Shown here: positions 10,013 to 17,915 of the stretch, in pieces
Position numbering within the stretch: the stretch's first letter is position 1
Layout of the letters: each line of letters starts with the position of its first letter
Origin: an uncultured Parachlamydiaceae bacterium
GTDB lineage: Bacteria; Chlamydiota; Chlamydiia; Chlamydiales; Parachlamydiaceae
Assembly (NCBI GenBank): GCA_963742415.1
Contig: CAVULX010000003.1
Coordinates: 448,001 to 512,000 of the forward strand
DNA length: 64,000 nt
Direction of reading: 5' to 3'
Position numbers and translations under genes: made by a program
The notes under the pieces: model-generated
Seen by the model: only the letters and a program-made list of their open reading frames with translations
Told to the model about the DNA's origin: nothing
The model's database searches: none

Positions 10013-10164
10013 ACAAGTCAATATAACAGTTATCTTTTGGGGGACAGGCTTAAATGATTACGATACAGTCTTGTGGCATTCTTAAGAGGGTTTTTAGCTG
10101 GCAATCGAATAATTCAAATAGGTATAGCCACAGAGATAATGCAAAAAGTTTCGAGGAGGCCAAG

Positions 10165-10525
10165 ATTCGAAACAGACATAGCGAGATAACCTTAAATCCG
10201 CAATTGATCTTTGCCTCTAGAACCTATGTCGACCATTTCGAGGATATCCTCGAAATGGTCGACAATATTGCTTCCGTATTAGATTTCCTAAAATTTATCT
10301 GTCATATCTACGACAAATTGCGAAGTTCCTTGAACTGCAATTGGTCTTTGTGTTCAGAACCTATGTCGATCATTTCGTTGATATCAACGAAATGATCGAC
10401 AATATCATGTCCGCTATCTTTGCATGCTTCTGAGCTTTTTTCGATAACATTAAGAAAATCACGGTACTCATTGTACTCCAATGCTTTGGCCAATTTTCTG
10501 GCACTCCAAAATTTGCAGCCTTCCT
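10165..10525 (-). pseudogene. dinD: Two tandem fragments of a DinD/BRO-N family gene
   Basis: FWSARKLAKALEYNEYRDFLNVIEKSSEACKDSGHDIVDHFVDINEMIDIGS; second copy IVDHFEDILEMVDIGS..RSIADLRLSRYVC. Confidence 0.75.
10270..10343. repeat. 74-bp exact copy of 13496-13569 (3' end of the Ntn hydrolase gene)
   Basis: 74/74 identity by manual comparison. Confidence 0.9.
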
Positions 10526-10570
10526 ATTAGCGTTAGGGATTCGCTCCAGTTTTTTTACAGTGCGGCTCAC

Positions 10571-10640
10571 CTTATCGATAATGAAAGTGCCTCATGTTGA
10601 ACGATAAAAGAGATATCTATCTTTAGGAAAACCTTCAAAA
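10571..10640. repeat. Copy of 14807-14876 (3' region of the 509-aa gene)
   Basis: 66/70 identity by manual alignment. Confidence 0.85.
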
Positions 10641-11068
10641 CATGGATTGATTCTTGAGGCTCACAAACGTGCAATTCCCTCATCTCTCAATTTAAATAAC
10701 ATTACAATATTTTTAAAACATGCTACCGCAGCACTTAAGCTTCTCGCGCAAGCCTTAGCTGTTTTTTTTGATAAAGGCTGGCGAGAAGCTAAATTCGATG
10801 ACATATTAGAATATATTGAGAAAAAACAAAACGATGTTGATGAGAGTTGGTCGTTAATCTATCTGCTAAAAAACAACCTAGAATGATTCCAGGATAAACT
10901 TCCCTAAGAGATTTAAACATTGCTTAGATTCCTTTGTCCCTTTTCCACCAAATACTGCATTTTCCTAGCAGAATGATCTTTCTTTGAGGGAAGTAGCTTA
11001 TCGAGAATAATTTTAGATTTTTTTCATTTCTTGCCTTGGCAGACAGACTTTTTTTAAAGAAAAATTTA

Positions 11069-11569
11069 TTATTTTAGAGACTTTAGAAAAAAATCCGCAT
11101 CGTTTTGGCTTCTGAAAATAAGAAACTGCACTTTGGGGTATTTTTTTCGCAGTTCTTCGATCCTGTATCTCTTTTCCTTATCGAAATTCCAGATGTATTT
11201 CAAAATTTCTAGATTAACGGCTCTTAAACCACCAAATTCTTTTTGATAATTGAAAATTCTTTTAATGATTCTCCAAAAACATACCACCCGAGGAAAATGA
11301 AAATATATTAGAACATCCGCTTTTGCAAATCTCATTTCAAAAGTTGAAAACGAGCATCCTTCAACAATCCAAGACTCTTCATCAAGCATAGCCTTTTGAA
11401 TGGCTATGAACTCTTGTTTATCTTTTTTCTTTCCATCAGGCTCAAACATATGTCTGTCCAGATGATGCACAGGAATGTTCAAAATTCTGCCGATTTCAAC
11501 AGCAAAGGTTGACTTGCCGCTTCCTGGCAGCCCAATTAATGCAAATTTCTTTGTATGAGCGCTAAGCAT
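11069..11569 (-). CDS. Adenylate-kinase-like P-loop protein (FlaR/topology modulation family)
   Basis: IGLPGSGKSTFA..IPVHHLD..WIVEG..RFAKAD. Confidence 0.85.
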   Translation of the reverse strand: MLSAHTKKFALIGLPGSGKSTFAVEIGRILNIPVHHLDRHMFEPDGKKKDKQEFIAIQKAMLDEESWIVEGCSFSTFEMRFAKADVLIYFHFPRVVCFWRIIKRIFNYQKEFGGLRAVNLEILKYIWNFDKEKRYRIEELRKKYPKVQFLIFRSQNDADFFLKSLK

Positions 11570-11629
11570 TTCTATTTTTATGCCTCTATACTGGAATGTA
11601 AACCCAAAAAGTTTTTTAAGCCTTGTTAT

Positions 11630-13063
11630 TTAGGGTTTCAAAAATTCTGAAAAATCAATGATTTTATCAAAATGGCCACTCTCAATTACCCCTTGAGTCA
11701 CTCCATTCACATGAATCAAAACAGGACGAATTGAATACCCTTTTGGATAAGTCAAACGTTTAATTTTTTCTTCAACATCTGCAACGACCTGTTTTCCAAC
11801 TTCTGACAAGCAAAATTTTATTTCACAAAGATAAAGTGTGCCGAATTTTGTCTGAATCAGAAGATCGATTTGACACCCTTTATTCTTAGTGTTCTTTTTT
11901 TGAAAAAAGGGGCCGGATTTTTCAACATCTTGAATGGCAATCCCTAAGATCTCACACAATTTATGGATATTATTTATCACTAGATTTTCAAATTGAAGTG
12001 CCATGATGGCTTCCCAACCTGAGAGACTCGTTATCGAGTCTGGGGAAAAGCCATTTTGTTCGATCTTTGAGCTATTTGGTTCGATGAACTTTAGATAGAA
12101 TCTAATATAGTTATCTTTCAGACGAAATAGTTTTAAATTAGATTCTTTTTTGTTTTTTATATTCCATGTTCGATCTTCTGAAACAAATCCAGCGGATATT
12201 AATTCGTGTAAATACTTTGAAATATTGCCACTTTTATCAATTCCGAGGGTCGCACATATCTCATCTAAATTTTTTGCTCCTCCTGACAATACTCTGATAA
12301 TTTTATCAAAAGTACCTGCTCTCTTAGAAAATAAGTCAGAAAAGATTTGATTATACTCTCTATAGAGAAGCCCTTCCTGCCTAAAACATAAATGATTAAT
12401 ATTCTTTTCTGCGGATTCAGTAGGAACAATTTCTTCAATATATTTAGGTACCCCTCCAGTAACTCCTAAAATTTTTAGTTTTTCATAAGCACTTATTCGC
12501 TCTTTCTTTGCAGCCCAAAATTGGTTACAATCGGTTAAAGAAAGTTCTCTGACCTCGAGTTTTACAGAAATTCTTCCAAAGAAACCTGTGCTATTAAGAA
12601 TATTTTCTTCAATCCAACTAGAAACGGATCCACACAATATTAAAATCAAATTGGGATGCTTTGAGAAGGTCTTATCCCATTCTGTTTTCAAATAACCTAA
12701 AAAATTGGAGTCTTTAGACCCCATCCATGATATTTCATCAAAAAAAATGATGATATTGCTTTCCTTTTGAGCCTGGTTACCAAGATGCCAAAATACTTCA
12801 CTCCAATCTGATGTTTTTAGTTCTGGCATTCCAATATTTCGTGCCATTTCTCGAACAAAATAATTTATTTCATCTTGGTGAGTTTTGTATTCTTGTGGAG
12901 GCAATCCAGAAAAACTCCATGATTTTTTTCCTTTTAAAAACTCTGCAATGAGCGTACTTTTTCCTATTCTTCTTCGACCCCAAACGACAGCAAGACTTGC
13001 AGTTTTTTTCATTCGAAGCCGTTCTAAGACTTCCAACTCTTTCTTTCTTCCAAAAAAATGCAT
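11630..13063 (-). CDS. AAA ATPase (archaeal ATPase type) with wHTH and C-terminal PD-(D/E)XK domain
   Basis: FFGRKKEL, GRRRIGKS (Walker A), FFDE (Walker B), QIDLL..LCEIK. Confidence 0.9.
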   Translation of the reverse strand: MHFFGRKKELEVLERLRMKKTASLAVVWGRRRIGKSTLIAEFLKGKKSWSFSGLPPQEYKTHQDEINYFVREMARNIGMPELKTSDWSEVFWHLGNQAQKESNIIIFFDEISWMGSKDSNFLGYLKTEWDKTFSKHPNLILILCGSVSSWIEENILNSTGFFGRISVKLEVRELSLTDCNQFWAAKKERISAYEKLKILGVTGGVPKYIEEIVPTESAEKNINHLCFRQEGLLYREYNQIFSDLFSKRAGTFDKIIRVLSGGAKNLDEICATLGIDKSGNISKYLHELISAGFVSEDRTWNIKNKKESNLKLFRLKDNYIRFYLKFIEPNSSKIEQNGFSPDSITSLSGWEAIMALQFENLVINNIHKLCEILGIAIQDVEKSGPFFQKKNTKNKGCQIDLLIQTKFGTLYLCEIKFCLSEVGKQVVADVEEKIKRLTYPKGYSIRPVLIHVNGVTQGVIESGHFDKIIDFSEFLKP

Positions 13064-13085
13064 TAATTTTTCGTCCTATAATGTG

Positions 13086-13184
13086 TTTTATGATATGAGA
13101 AAGCATTGCAATTTCACATCATAAAATAGCGATTTCTCTATTTCATGATATAAAATCCAGAGATTTTTTCATATCATAAAATAG
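13086..13184. promoter_or_regulatory. Two tandem imperfect palindromes upstream of the AAA ATPase, candidate operators
   Basis: TTTTATGATATGAGA...TTTCACATCATAAAA and CTATTTCATGATATAAAA...TTTTCATATCATAAAATAG. Confidence 0.5.
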
Positions 13185-13200
13185 CCATCTGGCGGATGAG

Positions 13201-13259
13201 ACCATCTGATAATTGCTAATAATTAATGCTACGCATTTAGACATGGATAAGATATAAAT
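13201..13259 (+). repeat. 59-bp direct repeat, copy 1 (copy 2 at 16432-16490)
   Basis: 52/59 identity by manual alignment. Confidence 0.85.
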
Positions 13260-13307
13260 CAATTGGAAACAGCAGCTTGAATGCGGTTCTTGTGAGAAAA
13301 AATGGGA

Positions 13308-13381
13308 CTGGATGAAGCAGCCAAAAACTGGTAAATACTTGTATGGGTTCAAGGGATTGGGGTTCAAATCCTCGCACCAGA
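13308..13381 (+). pseudogene. Degenerate tRNA-Pro(GGG) copy / old att site
   Basis: CTGGATGAAGCAGCC..CTGGTA..ACTTGTATGGGTTCAAGGGATTGGGGTTCAAATCCTCGCACCAGA aligns with the 2221 fragment and shares its downstream flank; stems are broken. Confidence 0.7.
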
Positions 13382-13513
13382 TTCTTTTTTCTCAAAGGCT
13401 TATGCACAAACATTAAGCTAGCATAAGTCTTTTAATCTCTTTCTTGCGGCAGGTATATATCCTCAATGGTGGGTATAAAATTGCACGCCTGGATCGCTTC
13501 CGTATTAGATTTC

Positions 13514-14569
13514 CTAAAATTTATCTGTCATATCTACGACAAATTGCGAAGTTCCTTGAACTGCAATTGATTTATGAGGGGTTCCTTTCGTGAAGTTGAT
13601 ATCCTTTAAATCAATACCTCGAATAGTAAGATCATTGTATGATCGGTATTGCAATATACACAGAGATAAATCTTTGACTACATCATAACGAGTAGTTTCA
13701 AAAAATTCCTTTTCTTCTATGGGGAAGATAGCCATTCCTTTAGGAATATCCACGTTATTCAAAATATGCCAGGCAGAATTCATGGCTAGAGGACCATCCT
13801 GTTTTGCGACATATTCAACACTTTTAGCAACACGAACAAAGCGGGAATCGGAAGCCCAGTCGCCTGGTAGACCTGACATCGAGCTTCTAAAACTGATATT
13901 TGGTATTTCCACACCATTGATTTGAATTTTTTCAGGAAGAGTGGTTTTTATAAAATTATAGCGTCCTAAATTTAAATGTTGTTGTGGCAATGGTGGGTCA
14001 TTCGTTAGTACTCCAATGGGATTATCGTAAACGCGCACCTTGCCTTTGGTAAATTCAATAACCAAATTTTTTCCTGTCTTATCGTGTAAGGCTATATGGA
14101 GTTTAAGACTGGCTAGAGGACCTACTGATGTTGTTCCTCCCCATATTTTGACATTCTTCAATGCATTTGTAACTTCTTCAACAGTTGCAAAATTACCTAA
14201 AATCCACGAGCCTACATCAATGATGGCCAAAGCTTGCTTGGCTTCACTAGGGTCGACTTTTTGATATTCAGCACACATTAAAGTGAGAAAGCCGAATGAA
14301 AGTCCAACTTCATTAAGGCCTTCCACAGCATCATCAATATCAAAAGCATTGAAGTTTACATAACCATATTTTGAAGTCCATTCCAAGCCTGACCCAGGAC
14401 CTCCGTTTGGAGCTGTACTGACCCTTTTCTCTTCACGGTTATGTACATTGAGCTGTGATTCCATGACTGTTGGAAATTCCATTGAACGGCCGCAAATAGA
14501 TGTCTTATCTGCAGCTAAAAGTTGAAAATCGCAACATGCAATAGAATGTCTTGGTTCAATAGCTGTCAT
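13514..14569 (-). CDS. Choloylglycine hydrolase/penicillin V acylase family Ntn hydrolase
   Basis: Nucleophile Cys after a short leader (IA-CCDF), GRSMEF, EGLNEVGL, VLTNDP, GLPGDWASDSRFVR. Confidence 0.9.
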   Translation of the reverse strand: MTAIEPRHSIACCDFQLLAADKTSICGRSMEFPTVMESQLNVHNREEKRVSTAPNGGPGSGLEWTSKYGYVNFNAFDIDDAVEGLNEVGLSFGFLTLMCAEYQKVDPSEAKQALAIIDVGSWILGNFATVEEVTNALKNVKIWGGTTSVGPLASLKLHIALHDKTGKNLVIEFTKGKVRVYDNPIGVLTNDPPLPQQHLNLGRYNFIKTTLPEKIQINGVEIPNISFRSSMSGLPGDWASDSRFVRVAKSVEYVAKQDGPLAMNSAWHILNNVDIPKGMAIFPIEEKEFFETTRYDVVKDLSLCILQYRSYNDLTIRGIDLKDINFTKGTPHKSIAVQGTSQFVVDMTDKF

Positions 14570-14752
14570 TTGAAAAAACCTCCAAAAATGTGTTAAACAA
14601 CTTTAAAGATAAAAAATTTATTTAGATTTTGTAAAGTTTTTTTACGAAAAACTAGTTAAACCATCGATACTCCGTTATGGTGCGGATGTACCTTGTCTAT
14701 CAAGAAAAGCGGATTCGACAAAAACTGTTCCTAAAAATGGATTGATACGTGT

Positions 14753-16282
14753 TTATTTTGTTTCGCTCTCTAATTGACAGTCCATTTTTTCTACAGTGGA
14801 ACGCTCCTTATCGATAATGAAAGTGCCTCTCGTTGAACGATACAAGAGATATCTATCTTCAGGAAAACCTTCAAAATCGGCATTATCCAAAAAAGTCCCA
14901 TCACCAAAATCATCTATAAGCGCATTTATTAAATCAGACATATTTGTGATGTTGGTGAGTTTGTAGGGCTCTTGCGTGAAAGGAATAAAACGGTGGGTGA
15001 AAGTTTTTTCTTTCAATATATTTTTCGCTTCTCTATTCCAAGTTTCTACATCATCGGTTTTGAAGCCTCGATTCAACATCTCATAATAAATGTTCATATG
15101 CCACCAACGGTTTTCCAAACTTTTTCCTTCTTTAAGGATGGTATCTAAGGTTGAAACATAATCGGCAATTTTGTGTTCGAAATAGGTCAGAGTTTTTCTA
15201 TCAGAACTCTCCTTATCACCGATAAGTTCTTTATCAACTAAAGCTTTTATGTCATTTTTTAGCCTTAATTTTATGGGAACCATCATTTCAAATCTTTCAA
15301 TAGATAGTTTTTTTATTTTCTTCAATTCTTTTAAGGCATACAAGTTGATAAATGGGACTGCAATATGCAAAGTGATGCCATCAGGAAGGGACCTATATTC
15401 ACGTATATTATAATCCAATGGATTTAATATTTCATTTATATCATTAAAAAGTTGTGAACCCGAATAACAGGCATCATCGACAGTCAATAGATGTTTTACA
15501 TTCGGGTATTTTTCTAAACACTCATATAAATCTTCATATCTATTTGATGAAATGGCTTCAGGTTTAAATTTTAAAAATCTCAACGCAAGAGAAGTTGCCC
15601 AACTGTTGCTCCGATTTACGCTAGTTTGGCTCAAGGGCTGATTCACGATTAAAATATATTTTCTTTCCTCTACAGGACGACACATTAATTTTTCATTGAA
15701 TGATTCTATCGATAAAGACAACCGGTGTTGAAATTTGGGGAAGGATCGATGAACAATGGCTTGTACAACCCTTGTTGCGAGGGGTCTAGATTCATCAGGA
15801 TGCATTTCTATCCATTCTTGCGCTTTTTTCCGGTCAATCGGATTTTCTTTTATAGGTTCTAAAGGTGTTTGGGTAATTCCAAATTGTTTGCCTTGTTCAA
15901 GCAATTCTGGGGTAAGTTCTTCTATTTCTTGGGTAAGTTGTTTTCTTTTTTGTTTGCGATATGAAAAAAGTCGAAATTGTCTTTGAATCTTTATCGCTGC
16001 TAATTCATGTTTATTGTATTCATTTGGTTTTAAAGGTTCTTTCTTTGAAAATCTTGAATTAAAGTCTGTTTTGTTGACTTGCTTTTTTTGGATTTTCGAA
16101 GAAATGAATTTATTTATGGTAATAAGAAAAACAATCGTTATAATTACTAGAACACATTTTTCTGGAGAAATCGAATTTTGATCATCCGAAGGTTCCTCTT
16201 TTACAGCAGAATCAAAAGAGGGTGGGTAAAATCCGCTCCAATTCTGAATACTCGAAATAAGTGAATTAATGATATTAGACAT
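14753..16282 (-). CDS. Hypothetical protein with TM helix, IQ motif and PRTase-like domain
   Basis: TM VLVIITIVFLITI; IQ motif AAIKIQRQFRLFSYRK; PRPP-loop-like LLTVDDACYSGSQL. Confidence 0.7.
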   Translation of the reverse strand: MSNIINSLISSIQNWSGFYPPSFDSAVKEEPSDDQNSISPEKCVLVIITIVFLITINKFISSKIQKKQVNKTDFNSRFSKKEPLKPNEYNKHELAAIKIQRQFRLFSYRKQKRKQLTQEIEELTPELLEQGKQFGITQTPLEPIKENPIDRKKAQEWIEMHPDESRPLATRVVQAIVHRSFPKFQHRLSLSIESFNEKLMCRPVEERKYILIVNQPLSQTSVNRSNSWATSLALRFLKFKPEAISSNRYEDLYECLEKYPNVKHLLTVDDACYSGSQLFNDINEILNPLDYNIREYRSLPDGITLHIAVPFINLYALKELKKIKKLSIERFEMMVPIKLRLKNDIKALVDKELIGDKESSDRKTLTYFEHKIADYVSTLDTILKEGKSLENRWWHMNIYYEMLNRGFKTDDVETWNREAKNILKEKTFTHRFIPFTQEPYKLTNITNMSDLINALIDDFGDGTFLDNADFEGFPEDRYLLYRSTRGTFIIDKERSTVEKMDCQLESETK

Positions 16283-16431
16283 TTTATTTACATTAAATAA
16301 TTAACTACATAATAAATGAATAATTTTATATTAAATGCAAATTTTAAACAAGATTGATTTTTATTTATGAATAATAGCAATTACCTTGCTAGCGTGGGAA
16401 GATTCATAAGTTTTGAAAAGTTCTTCAGTTT

Positions 16432-16490
16432 ACCATCTGATAATTGCTATTAATTAGTGCTGCACATTAAGACATGGATATGATAGAAAT
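16432..16490 (+). repeat. 59-bp direct repeat, copy 2
   Basis: Matches 13201-13259. Confidence 0.85.
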
Positions 16491-16498
16491 TTATAGTA

Positions 16499-17125
16499 GT
16501 GATTATGAGTTCTGATTTCTTTCTTAAGGGTTTAATCTTAGGGTTTTCGATTGCTGCACCTGTGGGTCCGATAGGGATTCTTTGTATTCGAAAAACGTTA
16601 GTATTTGGCAGATTTTCCGGCTTTTTTTCTGGGTTGGGAGCGGCGGCCGCGGATACAATTTATGCCATCATTGCGGCGTTTGGACTGACTTTTATCTCCA
16701 ATTTTCTTCTGGCAGGACAATTTTGGCTTCGCTTAATTGGGGGTGGTTTTTTGCTTTATTTGGGTTGGATGACCTTTCATGCAAAGCCCCATTCACAATC
16801 TAACAATGTCTCCCATACCACCCTTTTTAATGATTTTATTTCTACCTTCTTCCTTACCATCACTAATCCGATAACGATTTTTTCTTTTTTGGCGGTTTTC
16901 GCAGGACTTGGGCTTTCCAACATTGAAGGAGATTATCTTCAGGCTAGTATGCTTGTGCTAGGCGTCTTTTTAGGTTCGGCTCTTTGGTGGCTGACACTTA
17001 GTGAAGGGGTGACCCTATTTCGCAATAAAATCAGTCAAAATATGATGACTTGGGTTAATAGAATCGCAGGCTCAATTATTTTTGTATTTGGCATCGTCGT
17101 TGTGTTATCCCTTTATTTCAATTGA
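16499..17125 (+). CDS. LysE-family translocator
   Basis: GFSIAAPVGPIGILCIR..GLGAAAAD..TITNP; multiple TM helices. Confidence 0.9.
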   Translation: MIMSSDFFLKGLILGFSIAAPVGPIGILCIRKTLVFGRFSGFFSGLGAAAADTIYAIIAAFGLTFISNFLLAGQFWLRLIGGGFLLYLGWMTFHAKPHSQSNNVSHTTLFNDFISTFFLTITNPITIFSFLAVFAGLGLSNIEGDYLQASMLVLGVFLGSALWWLTLSEGVTLFRNKISQNMMTWVNRIAGSIIFVFGIVVVLSLYFN

Positions 17126-17204
17126 TGCAGCAAAATCCGCAATTTTTTTCTGATAGAGGGAATAGGGTCGATAGGGTATAGAGGGAGGAAAAGGGGAAGA
17201 GAGA

Positions 17205-17840
17205 ATGGGATCTTCATTATCGACAAATATGCTTTATCGCTCCCATCCGTGGCATGGATTGTCTTTGGGAGAAAAAGCTCCAGAAGTTGTCAACTGCTAC
17301 ATCGAAATGGTGCCTACAGATACTGTGAAATATGAGTTAGACAAAGCGACAGGGATCCTTAAAGTAGACAGGCCTCAGAAATATTCGAGCCTTTGTCCAA
17401 GCCTTTATGGCCTCCTTCCCCAAACATATTGCGGGCCCTTGGTAGCCAAGCATTGCATGGAAAAAAGCGGACTCACAAACATTATGGGAGATGAAGATCC
17501 TCTGGACATTTGTGTTTTAACCGAAAAGGTTATTCCCCGCGGCGACATCATGCTAAGAGCTCACCCCATAGGGGGATTCCGCTTAATTGATGGGGAGCAA
17601 GCCGATGATAAAATCATTGCTGTTTTGATGGGGGATTTTATCTATGACAGATTCAAAGACATTAACGATTGTTCTGAAAATTTGATCGAGAGGCTCCGTC
17701 ATTATTTTCTCACCTATAAGGATTCTCCCGATCGAATTAACTGCAAGGTAAATATCACCCATACGTTCGGGGTTAAAGAAGCCTATAAAATTATTGAGCT
17801 TTCTCAACAAGATTACAAAACTAAATTTTCAATAAACTAG
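17205..17840 (+). CDS. ppa: Soluble inorganic pyrophosphatase (family I)
   Basis: HPWHG, VKYELDK, YGLLPQT, GDEDPLDICV, DDKIIAV. Confidence 0.93.
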   Translation: MGSSLSTNMLYRSHPWHGLSLGEKAPEVVNCYIEMVPTDTVKYELDKATGILKVDRPQKYSSLCPSLYGLLPQTYCGPLVAKHCMEKSGLTNIMGDEDPLDICVLTEKVIPRGDIMLRAHPIGGFRLIDGEQADDKIIAVLMGDFIYDRFKDINDCSENLIERLRHYFLTYKDSPDRINCKVNITHTFGVKEAYKIIELSQQDYKTKFSIN

Positions 17841-17859
17841 AAGGCCATTTTAGGAAGAA

Positions 17860-17888
17860 TTGACGTTAAAATTATTATTAGATAGGTT
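17860..17888 (+). promoter_or_regulatory. Sigma70-type promoter candidate for the S1P lyase gene
   Basis: TTGACG-17 nt-TAGGTT, then GGAG before the TTG start. Confidence 0.5.
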
Positions 17889-17915
17889 TAGCATTCTAAT
17901 AATTGGAGTGTTGGT

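Larger units (their letters stand above)
2269..13381. mobile_element. Decayed genomic island between two tRNA-Pro(GGG) remnants
   Basis: Bounded by tRNA-Pro copies at 2221-2268 and 13308-13381; cargo is TA, AlbA_2, DUF5681-like, AAA and orphan genes plus fragments. Confidence 0.6.

Noticed and set aside
10054-10886. ORFs 10054..10395, 10370..10570 and 10647..10886 as real genes
   Set aside because: The first two are by-products of the dinD palindrome and fragment mosaic; the third has no recognisable motif or RBS
1-13381. Complete prophage
   Set aside because: No capsid, portal, large terminase or tail genes; only integrase, AlpA and a DUF5681-like remnant
10270-14876. Diversity-generating retroelement TR/VR pairs
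   Set aside because: No reverse transcriptase in the window; one copy is identical and the other's mismatches are not adenine-specific
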